From: Nitrospirota bacterium
Lineage (GTDB): Bacteria > Nitrospirota > UBA9217
Length of the DNA stretch: 64,000 nt
Direction of reading: 5' to 3'
Assembly (NCBI GenBank): GCA_963840455.1
Contig: CAWIYV010000011.1
Span: forward strand, 1 to 64,000
Part shown: one piece after another, positions 41,260 through 51,000 of the stretch
Position numbering within the stretch: position 1 is the stretch's first letter
Layout: every line of letters begins with the position of its first letter
Position numbers and translations under genes: made by a program
Notes under the pieces: model-generated
The model's database searches: none
The model's input: only the letters and a program-made list of their open reading frames with translations
Told to the model about the DNA's origin: nothing

Positions 41260-42045
41260 ATGGGTAAGCTTGACGGAAAAGTCGCAATCATAACCGGTGG
41301 AGGGCGAAGCATTGGCAGTGCCATTGCCGAAGGGTTCAGGAACGAAGGCGCCCGCGTTGTTGTGACCGCTGCACGAGAGCGGCAGGAGATCGATGCCTTT
41401 GTTTCCTCGGGCCGCCCGGATCGGGCGCTCGCACTGCTTGCCGATGTGACCGATCCCCGGGCATGCGAGCGCGTGGCGGCTGAAACAATCGCTCGCTTCG
41501 GCAAACTCGACGTGCTCGTGAACAATGCAGGCCGGGGCATGAAATATATCAGTCCGCGTTTCTTTACTGTGCCTACGCGCTTCTGGGAGGCCGACCCCGA
41601 AGCCTGGCGAATGGTGATCGACACGAACGTGAATGGTCCGTTTTATATGGCACGGGCCGCGGTGCTGCATATGAAGCGGGACCATCATCAAGGTGACCAT
41701 GAACTACGAGACCATGAAGCGCAAGGGCGTCTCTCCCTACGGCCCATCAAAGGCCGCGCTCGAGTCAGAGACCATCATCTGGACACAGTACCTTGAGGGT
41801 ACCGGCATCACGGTCAACGAGATCCTTCCCGGCGGAGCGACGGCAACAGGCATGATCCCGGACGGCCTGTCCGAGGAGCTTCGTTCCCGGCTGCTCAATC
41901 CGGAGATCATCGTTCCTCCGACAATCTTCCTGGCCTCCGCCGCAGGCTCACCGGCAGGCGACTTACGGCGACAGAATGGACGCCTCAGAACCCTGACGGC
42001 GTGCCGGCATCGATCGGTATTGGCGGAGAAGTCAACCCGAAGTAG
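41260..42045 (+). pseudogene. SDR oxidoreductase, two frameshifts
   Basis: TGGGRSIG, NNAG in first frame; YGPSK in second frame after ~41678; C-terminus (LTGRRLTATEW) in third frame after ~41945. Confidence 0.8.
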
Positions 42046-42304
42046 GGTCACAGAAGATGTTGATAAATGGAAATTGTATTGTCGTTATTTTGTTGACCAT
42101 AAATCTAATTCAGTCGTGTAATACGCAGCGCCATTTTTTTCCTGTATCCGGCGACAGTTGCACCTCCCGGAAACTGCATAATTCATCTCGAATCAACGTC
42201 ATTATGGTTATTTCGCCCATCCATTTCGGAAATTAACCCCTTCTCCCTTCACCCTCAAATCCGCACGTTGCCATAATCCTTTGATATGATAAAAATTGCA
42301 ACAA

Positions 42305-42320
42305 TGGCGACAAAATTGCA
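42305..42320 (+). promoter_or_regulatory. Candidate sigma54 promoter upstream of omcS homolog
   Basis: TGGCGACAAAATTGCA (GG-N10-GC) in an AT-rich region. Confidence 0.45.
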
Positions 42321-42372
42321 TTTTTCTAAATTAAATTAGACCACTTTTTAAACTATTTTTTTGGTTTAGCCT

Positions 42373-43635
42373 ATGCAAATAATGAATTTAATCCTTTTTC
42401 TTGTCGCTGCAGTCGCCGTAGTGTTCGCGTTCAGCGGCACGAGCTTCGCGTTCCATTCCGGCGGCGTCGCCGAGTGTACGGGCTGCCACGAGATGCACGG
42501 CGCAACGGGCGCCAACTTTCTGCAGGGCACCGACCAGAGCTCGACCTGCCTGATCTGCCATGGCGAGCCTGGCCAGTCCAGCTACCATGTGTTGACCCCG
42601 GATTCACAGATGCCTGCTGGCGTCGCTCCCCTCAACATGGGCCCCGGCGGCGACTTCGGCTGGCTGAAGAAGGACTACTATTTCGTGATCCGCGGCTCGA
42701 ACAACACCGAGATGGGCCAGACCCATGGCCACAACATCATCGCTGTTGACGAGGGCCTCGTCGCTGACACCGACAACCCGACGGCCCCGGGCGGCACGTT
42801 CCCGGGCGGCCAGCTCTCCTGCGTAGCCTGCCATGACATGCACGGCAAAGCCCGCTACAACTTCGGCGGTACCGGCTATGCTCTGACCGGCCAGGCCATC
42901 TACACCTCCGGTTCCTACGGCGCGCAGCCGACGGCCGTGTCCCATGGCTCCTATGCAACCGGTGTGTACCGCCTGCTTAACGCTGGCAAAACCGTTGACG
43001 GCGTCACCTTCGGAGCACCGCCGGTCGCAGTGGTGAACAGCACCTACAACCGCTCGGAGTTCTTCACCCAGACCCGTACGGCCTACGGCTCCGGCATGGG
43101 CGACTGGTGCGGCACCTGCCATGCTGACATGCATTCGGGAAGCGGAAATAACAGTGGGATTATCAGGCATCCGGTGGACCGACGCCTGACGGGCGGGATT
43201 GCCAGAAATTACAACAATTACACGAAGAGCGGGGACATGACTGGCTCGGCAGCCACTTCCTACCTGTCTCTGGTTCCCTTCGAGGAAGGCGTTACGTACA
43301 GCACGGCGAACATCAACAGCCTCAAAAGCCATGCCCAGACCGATGATTCCTACCTGAACGGACCAATAACGACCGGCAATTCGGCATCGTCGCAAGTGAC
43401 GTGCCTTTCCTGCCACAGGGCCCACGCATCAGGGTTCATGTATATGACCAGATGGCAGAACAAGAGCAATTTCATCATCGCGGACGGCATGTATCCGGGC
43501 AGCGACAACGCCCAGTCAGCGCTCGCCCGCGGACACAGCAGCCAGGAGACCGCAGCCGCCTACTACAATAGGAACGTCACCAAGTTCAGCGGCTTCCAGC
43601 GCTCGCTCTGCAACAAGTGCCATGCGGAAGACTAA
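42373..43635 (+). CDS. omcS: OmcS-like hexaheme c-type cytochrome (nanowire family)
   Basis: Mature N-terminus FHSGGVAECTGCHEMH; six CxxCH; GGDFGW, TAPGGT, TYNR, YLSL.PFEEG, CLSCHRAHASGF, QR.LCNKCHA.D blocks as in Geobacter OmcS. Confidence 0.9.
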   Translation: MQIMNLILFLVAAVAVVFAFSGTSFAFHSGGVAECTGCHEMHGATGANFLQGTDQSSTCLICHGEPGQSSYHVLTPDSQMPAGVAPLNMGPGGDFGWLKKDYYFVIRGSNNTEMGQTHGHNIIAVDEGLVADTDNPTAPGGTFPGGQLSCVACHDMHGKARYNFGGTGYALTGQAIYTSGSYGAQPTAVSHGSYATGVYRLLNAGKTVDGVTFGAPPVAVVNSTYNRSEFFTQTRTAYGSGMGDWCGTCHADMHSGSGNNSGIIRHPVDRRLTGGIARNYNNYTKSGDMTGSAATSYLSLVPFEEGVTYSTANINSLKSHAQTDDSYLNGPITTGNSASSQVTCLSCHRAHASGFMYMTRWQNKSNFIIADGMYPGSDNAQSALARGHSSQETAAAYYNRNVTKFSGFQRSLCNKCHAED

Positions 43636-43668
43636 TCTACACTTAGTTACAGCATGATGTTTATACTT

Positions 43669-43700
43669 AAAAAGGGCTGGAGAAATCCAGCCCTTTTTTT
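43669..43700 (+). terminator. Intrinsic terminator after omcS homolog
   Basis: aaaagggctgga-gaaa-tccagccc-tttttt. Confidence 0.8.
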
Positions 43701-43921
43701 AGACAAAAGGTCTCAAAATGAATATTAAGGGAACCTCTCGAATCATTTCTGGTATACACATTTCAAATCGAAATCGTTTCATTCGTACTGCTTTGAACCC
43801 TGTAGAGTCGTAGGTGAAGTGCGTAGAATCTGCGTTCTCTTCACCGCCCCTCCATTCCCCCTTCTCTCCTTGATCTTCCCTGCTGTTGTTTCCGGACGCA
43901 CTGTCCGGGTCAGGAGCCGTA

Positions 43922-44354
43922 TCACGTGCGGTCCGCAGGCTGAGGCACGCCCGGCGCATGGGATGGTCCGGGAACAATCGGTAGAGGAGCTTCATGATGT
44001 ACCGCTGGTCCTCGGCCTCTCTGTTGAAGCTCCCTGCAGCAAGCTGCAGGGAATCTTCGATCCTCGAGGTAGTAATAGTGTGTTCTAATCGCCCGCTAAC
44101 CCTCAGCAAGCTGCGGTAAATGCACTCGCTCCTGGATTCAACACCTTGATCAGGACCTTCGATAGGGGCATGCTGTTGAAGTGGCCGAAATGTTCATGGA
44201 GGGACCGGATCACGAGCCAGTGGTGGCCGTCGAGGGCGAGGCCGTCGATGTCCGCGAGAAGGCGCGCAAAACCCTCGGACCAATCTCCGGCATCGACGAG
44301 ATGGCCATTCTCGTCGAGAGGGATGTGCTTCCCCTCGAAGGATACCAATACCAC
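43922..44354 (-). pseudogene. DsrC/TusE family sulfur-relay protein, interrupted by MITE and further eroded
   Basis: LDENGHL..DWSE..A..LA...HW.VI N-half; ..LYRLFP..P.RRAC after the element; tail PQPADRT* in another frame. Confidence 0.8.
44024..44136 (-). mobile_element. IS200/IS605-type MITE, copy 5 (inside dsrC/tusE-like gene)
   Basis: TTGAA|tccagg...gggagcTTCAA; exact removal of 113 bp restores the reading frame. Confidence 0.9.
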
Positions 44355-44376
44355 ATGGCGTCCTGACGGTTCAATC

Positions 44377-46275
44377 CTACCGCTTCAGCGCCTCAAGCTC
44401 CTCCCACCGTTTGAACGCCTCGGCAAGCTCCCGTTCCACGTTCTCCAGCCGGGCCGTGGTCGACGCAACCTTATTGCCGCTCTCGCGGTAGAATGCCGGG
44501 TCCGCCATCGTCGCATGGAGCATCTGCTGCTCAGCCTCAAGTTCTTCGAGGCGCTTCGGCAGTTCATCGAGCTCCTTCTGCTCCTTGAAGGAGAGCTTGC
44601 GTGACTTTGCCGATGCTGGTCGTGGCGCATCCTTCTTCTCTTCAACCCTTGCAGGAACAACGGGAGGCTCTTCCTTCAGCCTCTTGCTCTGGCGCAGCCA
44701 GTCATCATAGCCGCCCACGTATTCGTTCACCCTGCCTTCATCCTCGAACACCAGGGTGCTGGTGACCACGTTGTTGATGAACGCGCGGTCGTGGCTCACA
44801 AGCAGCACGGTCCCCGCGTACTCCATCAGAAGCTCCTCGAGAAGGTCCAGCGTCTCAATGTCCAGGTCGTTCGTGGGTTCATCCAGCACCAGCACGTTCG
44901 AGGGCTTCGTAAACAGCTTAGCGAGCAGAAGACGGTTCCGTTCGCCGCCGGACAGCACTTTCACGGGGCTGCGTGCCCGGGCCGGGGCGAAGAGGAAATC
45001 CTGGAGATAGCCGATGATGTGGCGATTCGCGCCATTGATGGTCACATAGTTGCTGCCGTAGGCCACGTTGTCCTGCACGGTCTTCTCGTCGTCGAGCTGG
45101 GCCCGGTGCTGGTCCAGGTAGGCCACTTCGATGTTGGTGCCGAGCCTGATCGTTCCCTCCTGGGGCTTCAAGTCCCCGAGCAGGAGCTTCAGCAGCGTGG
45201 TCTTGCCTGACCCGTTCGGCCCGATGATGCCGATCTTGTCCCCGCGGATGATGGTCGTGGACAGTCCCTGTATGACCGTCCTGCCCGCGTAGCCGAAGCT
45301 CACATCCTTTGCTTCGATCACGAGCTTGCCCGTGCGTTCGGACTCCTGCATCTGGATGTTCGCAGTCCCGATCTTCTCGCGCCGCTCGCTCCTGACCCGG
45401 CGAAGCTCCTTGAGCGCACGCACGCGGCCCTCATTCCGCGTCCGGCGCGCTTTCACTCCCTGGCGGATCCAGACCTCCTCGGCTGCAAGCTTCTTGTCAA
45501 ATTTCGCGTTCTCGACCGACTCGGCGTCCAATGCCGCCTGTTTGAGCTCGAGGTAGGACCGGTAGCTTCCCGGCCAGCTCGTGAGCCTCCCCCGGTCGAG
45601 GTCGATGATCCGCGTGGCAAGCTTCTGAAGCAGCGCCCGGTCATGGGTCACGAACAGGAGGGTCCCGCCGTAGGTAAGCAGGAACTCCTCGAGCCAGGCG
45701 ATGGACACGATGTCGAGATGGTTCGTTGGCTCATCGAGGAGCAACAGGTCCGGCTGGCCGGCCAGCGCCTTCGCGAGCAGCACCCGCCGCTTCAGACCGC
45801 CCGAGAGCTCGGAGAACTCGGTATCTTCGGGAAGCTTCAGCCGCGTCAGGATCTCATCGACCTTCTGCTGCATCTGCCATCCGCCGGCTGCCTCGAACCG
45901 GTGCTGTACGTCCTCGAGCTCTGCCATCAGCTTCTCGCTGTGGTCGTGGCTGAGCCGCCCGCTGATATGGTGATAGTCGGCGAGCAGCCGCCCCTGTTCG
46001 CCGAAGGCGCCCGATACGACGTCGAACACGCTGCCGCGTATGTCGTTCGGCACTTCCTGGGTGAGGAGGGTCGTGCGCAGCCCCTGCTGGAACACGACCA
46101 CGCCTCTGTCGGGCTTCACCTCGCCGGTGATGACCCGCATGATCGTGGACTTGCCGGTCCCGTTGCGGCCGACCAGGCAGACACGCTCGCCCGGCTCGAT
46201 CTGAAGGTCGATGTTCTCGAGCAAAGGCGGACCGCCGAACCCTACACTGATGTTCTGCAGGCTGAACAATGGCAT
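44377..46275 (-). CDS. uup: ABC-F ATP-binding protein Uup
   Basis: Two ABC domains, WIRQGVKARRTRNEGRVRALK linker, KLSFKEQKEL..LP C-terminal coiled coil. Confidence 0.95.
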   Translation of the reverse strand: MPLFSLQNISVGFGGPPLLENIDLQIEPGERVCLVGRNGTGKSTIMRVITGEVKPDRGVVVFQQGLRTTLLTQEVPNDIRGSVFDVVSGAFGEQGRLLADYHHISGRLSHDHSEKLMAELEDVQHRFEAAGGWQMQQKVDEILTRLKLPEDTEFSELSGGLKRRVLLAKALAGQPDLLLLDEPTNHLDIVSIAWLEEFLLTYGGTLLFVTHDRALLQKLATRIIDLDRGRLTSWPGSYRSYLELKQAALDAESVENAKFDKKLAAEEVWIRQGVKARRTRNEGRVRALKELRRVRSERREKIGTANIQMQESERTGKLVIEAKDVSFGYAGRTVIQGLSTTIIRGDKIGIIGPNGSGKTTLLKLLLGDLKPQEGTIRLGTNIEVAYLDQHRAQLDDEKTVQDNVAYGSNYVTINGANRHIIGYLQDFLFAPARARSPVKVLSGGERNRLLLAKLFTKPSNVLVLDEPTNDLDIETLDLLEELLMEYAGTVLLVSHDRAFINNVVTSTLVFEDEGRVNEYVGGYDDWLRQSKRLKEEPPVVPARVEEKKDAPRPASAKSRKLSFKEQKELDELPKRLEELEAEQQMLHATMADPAFYRESGNKVASTTARLENVERELAEAFKRWEELEALKR

Positions 46276-46308
46276 ACGAAATCTCACGAGCACATAGTGA
46301 ATCAAGGA

Positions 46309-46421
46309 TTGAAGCTCCCTGCAGCAAGCTGCAGGGAATCTTCGATCCTCAAGGTAGTTTTAGTTATCCAAATCGCTCGCTAACCCCGTAGCAAGCTACG
46401 GGGAATGCGCTCGCTCCTGAA
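46309..46421 (-). mobile_element. IS200/IS605-type MITE, copy 6 (perfect hairpins)
   Basis: GTGAA|ttcaggagcgagcgCATTccccgtagcttgctacgggg...GATTccctgcagcttgctgcagggagcTTCAA. Confidence 0.88.
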
Positions 46422-46989
46422 TTCACGATATTCTCGTCATGCCCTCTCTTTTCTCAGGCTGTAAAATCCATGGCAAACACATTGATGTATCATTTGAAAA
46501 TTTAACTGATATTCCATTTTCAAGCTCTCTGTCCAGCGTCTAATGTCATAGCATCTCCACAACAGTTAAGATCTTTTCTGTGAATAAGTCACAGGACTTT
46601 TTCACAAATTAGCAATAATAAAAGAGCACTATAAACGACAGAAGGGATAATAGCACTTATCAAATTATGTTATGAATTATATAGTTAAGAAACTACTAAT
46701 TTAAGAATTATTTATTAAATAATAAAAAAATATATATTGACTGTCTGTACAAGTGGTGCTATTTAATGATGCACCTATAATACAACGTAAGATGTATGTC
46801 GTTTCTAAATGAATTAACACTAAACTCAACCAGGATATCCCATCTCCGCCTGAGATGTATCGTAGTCCGGTATTACGTTGCTTATTATAATATTTACTTC
46901 GACAATATACCATAACCAAGTCCTGGTGAACTGTTCTTACGATAACTATTAATCCAGTGTATCTTACTGATTCTTCGGGAGGGAGTGCC

Positions 46990-48030
46990 ATGAAAACAAG
47001 CGCTGCACGAGAAAGAGTCTTGTTCCGTACCATCCTGTCTCTGTCAGTTCTTTCTTTTTTTCTCGCAACGGGTCTGTATCCGGTAAACGCTGCGGATATG
47101 GTGAATGTAGGAAAGATAACACCCGATCCTTCCCGATTATGGAGCCCGGGCAGGTTGGCAGTGGACAACGAGGGCACGGTATACGTGGTGGACAGTTACA
47201 AGAACCGTGTCCAGAAATTTGACGGTAAGGGGAACCCTCTCGGGTCGATCCCGGTCTCGCGACCTTCGGCCATAGCCGCTTCGCCTAACGGGAACGTGTA
47301 CATCGGATCCAATGACGCGTACGCTGTGGCGATCTATAAGCGGGGAGAAATAACAGGATACCTCGGTGCCGGCAAGAACGAGTTCGGATCGATCAGCGAT
47401 ATCGCCGTTGACAAAAGCACGGACGATATCTATGTCGTTGACCTAAAGAAGCATGTCGTCAAGATCTATGATGCGAGAGGGTCGGCAAAGGGAATGCGGG
47501 ACGGTTTCACTGCCCCCGCTGCAGTAGCGGTTACGGACACGGTGGTCGTTGTCCTGGATGCGCCCGCGGTCCCCTGCCCCACCACCATCATGGTCAAAGG
47601 GGAAGTGATCCCCTGTCCCGAGTGCACCGGCCCGTGCAGCGGGTCGAGGATCTCGGTACTTGACAAGGCGGGCAATCTCATGCAGAGCATTACGGAATCG
47701 GACGCGAAAAAAGACAACATGGTACGGCCCGTCGCCCTGGCAGCTGACACCCAGGGGAATATCTATGTCGCCGATGCCCTGAGGAAAAACATCCTCGTCT
47801 ATAACCTGCAATGCAAGTTCATCGGCGAGCTGGTGAGCGCCCAGGACGATCTCCATGGGCCGGTGTCCCTCGCGCTTTCCCGTGACAACAGTCTCTATGT
47901 GTCGTCGAGCGAGACACGGAGCATCGTGGAGATCGGGCTTGCCGGCAGGCTGAATGCAGCTTCGACGGGATCACTGAAATTTCAATCAAAGCAAGGCGCC
48001 GGGATATCCCTCGGCGCCCTGGGATATTAG
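46990..48030 (+). CDS. Secreted NHL-repeat beta-propeller protein
   Basis: Signal peptide; repeated P..LAVD..G.VYVVD...NRVQKFD units; Cys-rich insert (CP..CPECTGPC). Confidence 0.88.
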   Translation: MKTSAARERVLFRTILSLSVLSFFLATGLYPVNAADMVNVGKITPDPSRLWSPGRLAVDNEGTVYVVDSYKNRVQKFDGKGNPLGSIPVSRPSAIAASPNGNVYIGSNDAYAVAIYKRGEITGYLGAGKNEFGSISDIAVDKSTDDIYVVDLKKHVVKIYDARGSAKGMRDGFTAPAAVAVTDTVVVVLDAPAVPCPTTIMVKGEVIPCPECTGPCSGSRISVLDKAGNLMQSITESDAKKDNMVRPVALAADTQGNIYVADALRKNILVYNLQCKFIGELVSAQDDLHGPVSLALSRDNSLYVSSSETRSIVEIGLAGRLNAASTGSLKFQSKQGAGISLGALGY

Positions 48031-48042
48031 GAGGGGCTGAAC

Positions 48043-51000
48043 ATGAAGAACATGCTGATCGTCGTGATGCTTCTGACAGGATTCTTTATCGTTCCCGTTG
48101 CTTCGGCACAGATCGTTGATGCCCCTCACAATGCAAGTGTCAGCATGTCGTGCAGCGACTGCCACATCGATCCCTATTCATTCATCTATACCGATGACAT
48201 GTGTCTGTCGTGCCACAATAACACCACGGGCGGCGGGTACAGTCTTCGGAGCGCGCCAAAAGTGCTCGCTCACTCAAGCGGGAACACGAGCAGCAAGTAT
48301 GGGAATTGGTCAACGCAGTGCCTTGACTGCCACAGCAAGCACACTTGGGAGCAACGTGCTGTCTATCAGTCGGGAATCTTCCTTGTAACAGGAACGATTA
48401 CGTCCATTACCGACAATGGGGACGGCACGACCACTTTTGGCTACAGTAACCTTGTAGAACAGAAGCCCGGCTGGGCGGATTACACGAAGTGGAACAGGAA
48501 ATCATCCGGCAATTTTTTCGGCGGCAATGAGCGGGGGCTTATTCTCTATCCCAATACGACCACATATCAGAATCAAAGTTCAGCGAATTTTGAAATGTCC
48601 TCGGCAACCGCAACGACCATGACGGTGAAGGGATCAATAAATATAGCATTTCCAACGGCGATTTCATCCGGACTGGTTGCAGTTGGTAAGCCCTTTGCAC
48701 TCGCCTATGGCCAGTTCGTTAACAGCACCCTCATTACTCCTTCCAACCTCTGGAAGCCTAGCCACTTCATTGAAAATAGTGGTATTTTTTCATTTGCCTA
48801 CAGCACTGCCATACCACCGAGCACCAAGGACCCAAGTGTCGACAGCATCTGCCAGGTATGCCACACCCAGACGCTTCACTGGAGGGCGGACGGCACTCTT
48901 GCGGACCACTACAACAGCCAAGACTGCGCCACCTGCCACAAGCACGAGGAAGGATTCAAGGTCAGCTGCGACGTCTGCCATCTGGCGCCGCCGACGACAG
49001 GAAAGCACATGGCTCACTTTGATGCGGGATTGGCCGATTACGGGTCCACAACGATCCAGTCATCGCCTGCCGCTTACGGCTTCAGCTGCGGGATCTGTCA
49101 TGACGGGACACATCTCAATACGACGGCGAACCCGCGCAGCGTCGAAGTGGTCTTTGCTGGCGTGGCCAGGCAGGGCAGTGCCACGAGCGCGTCCTATGCG
49201 CCTTCGACCTTCTCCGTTGACGACCCCGGCAGGGGGTATACGTTCAACTACAGCAACGGCGCCTGCTCCAATGTGTATTGCCACGGGAATTATCCCGGGA
49301 GCGGCAAGAACGCTTCGGTGACGTTCAACACCGGCACCGCCCCTTGCGGTTCATGCCACAACGCGTCGAACACGGCACCGCCTGCGAGCGGATCCCATGT
49401 CGCGCATGCATCGAACACGCGGTACAATCTGAGCTGTTCCTTATGCCATGCCGGTGAGATCAGCGGGGCCGGTCCTGCTTCTTATACGATAGCCGACAAG
49501 CAGAAGCATGTCAGCGGCAATGTCGACTGGGCCTTTGATACGGGCGACACCCGCGTATCGCTGTCTTCCGGCTACAGCATCCCATCGGGCGCGGCCATGC
49601 CTTCCAACGGCACGGTCCCGAGGCCTTACGGGACCTGTTCCACCACCTATTGCCATAGCGACGGCACCTCCGTTGCCGCGCTGAACCTCCAGCCGAACGT
49701 CTCTCCGGTTTGGGGCTCGGGGTCACTAGACTGCACCGCCTGCCACGGCATGCCGCCGTCATATCCGAACGGATCACCCAAGGCGAATGGCCACACTGCC
49801 CATGCAGAGAACGCCTGCAACACCTGTCATGCTGTCACGACATCAGACGGGATCACGATCACCTCTTTTGCAAACCATGTGAACAAGGCCTATGATGTCA
49901 ACCCCAATGTCGCGTCAGGCGCGACCTTCACCTACACCTTTGGGGCCACCGGCGGGTCGTGTACGAACATCTCCTGCCATGGCGGCAACACGGCGACGTG
50001 GGGAGGTCCCCCACTTAAATGTTCTAACTGCCATCTCGGACCGCAGGACGCAGATGATTATGCGTTCGGCAACGGCGTCATCGCGATGGCGAGTGCAAGC
50101 CAGTGGTCGTCGACCGGCCACGGGCGGCCTGCAACAGCGGGCAATTACCTGCAATCGGGCAATCCCGCGGCAGGTTTCGACGCTGCTGCCGGGACCGGCG
50201 ACTCCTGTCTCTACTGCCATGATAACACGGTAGGGCACAATGTTGGGCCAAATCCCTTCAGGCTCAGATGGACCATCGGTCCCGATGGCCAGAACGGTAA
50301 TTGCCAGAAGTGCCACAAGCCGGGTTCGACCGGATACGTGAGCGGCGTCGACGGCACGCTCCCGAGCATGAATGCCAGCGCAGCAACGAAGATGGAAGAC
50401 TATCACTGGCTTATGGCGCCCGGCGGCAAGCATACCAATGTCCGCAACGGCGGTAGGTTCTGCTGGGACTGCCATGACCCCCATGGCGATATGAACGTTG
50501 CTATGATACAGAATGCAGTCGCAAAACGGAACGATTGGAACGGTACGACCGGCTTCGGGCTCCCGACGCTCACTGTTGCGACCAGCTTTACGACCATGAA
50601 CACCTGGGGGAGCTATGTCAATCCGTCGGGTACCGGTGTCTGCCAGGTCTGTCACGAGATTACGTCACACTTTACCGGCTCTACGAACTACAATACGAAC
50701 CACAATCCCGGCGCATCCTGCACCGGTTGCCATTCACATCTCGGATCCGCCTCGGTGAGTGGCGATGCCTTCCCCGGCGCCGAGTCGAGCGGAGGTGTGG
50801 TCTGCAGCGGATGCCACAACGACCTGTATACGGGTATGAACAGCGCGGCAAACTCAACGTATCATCACCTGATGACGTCGGACGCGCCGACCTATACGAG
50901 CGGGACCTGTCTCCAGTGCCATGTGGATCACAATATCTTCCGGCCGGATGTGAACACGGCCAACACCGTGGGACGGTCCGCTAATCTCAGGACGAACATC

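Noticed and set aside
42050-42372. GEMM-I (c-di-GMP/cGAMP) riboswitch as found upstream of Geobacter omcS
   Set aside because: No GGCAAAC...GACGCAAAG core recognisable by eye; an Rfam scan would be decisive.
43699-44109. 136-aa ORF as an independent gene
   Set aside because: Chimera of MITE sequence, dsrC 3' half and read-through intergenic DNA.
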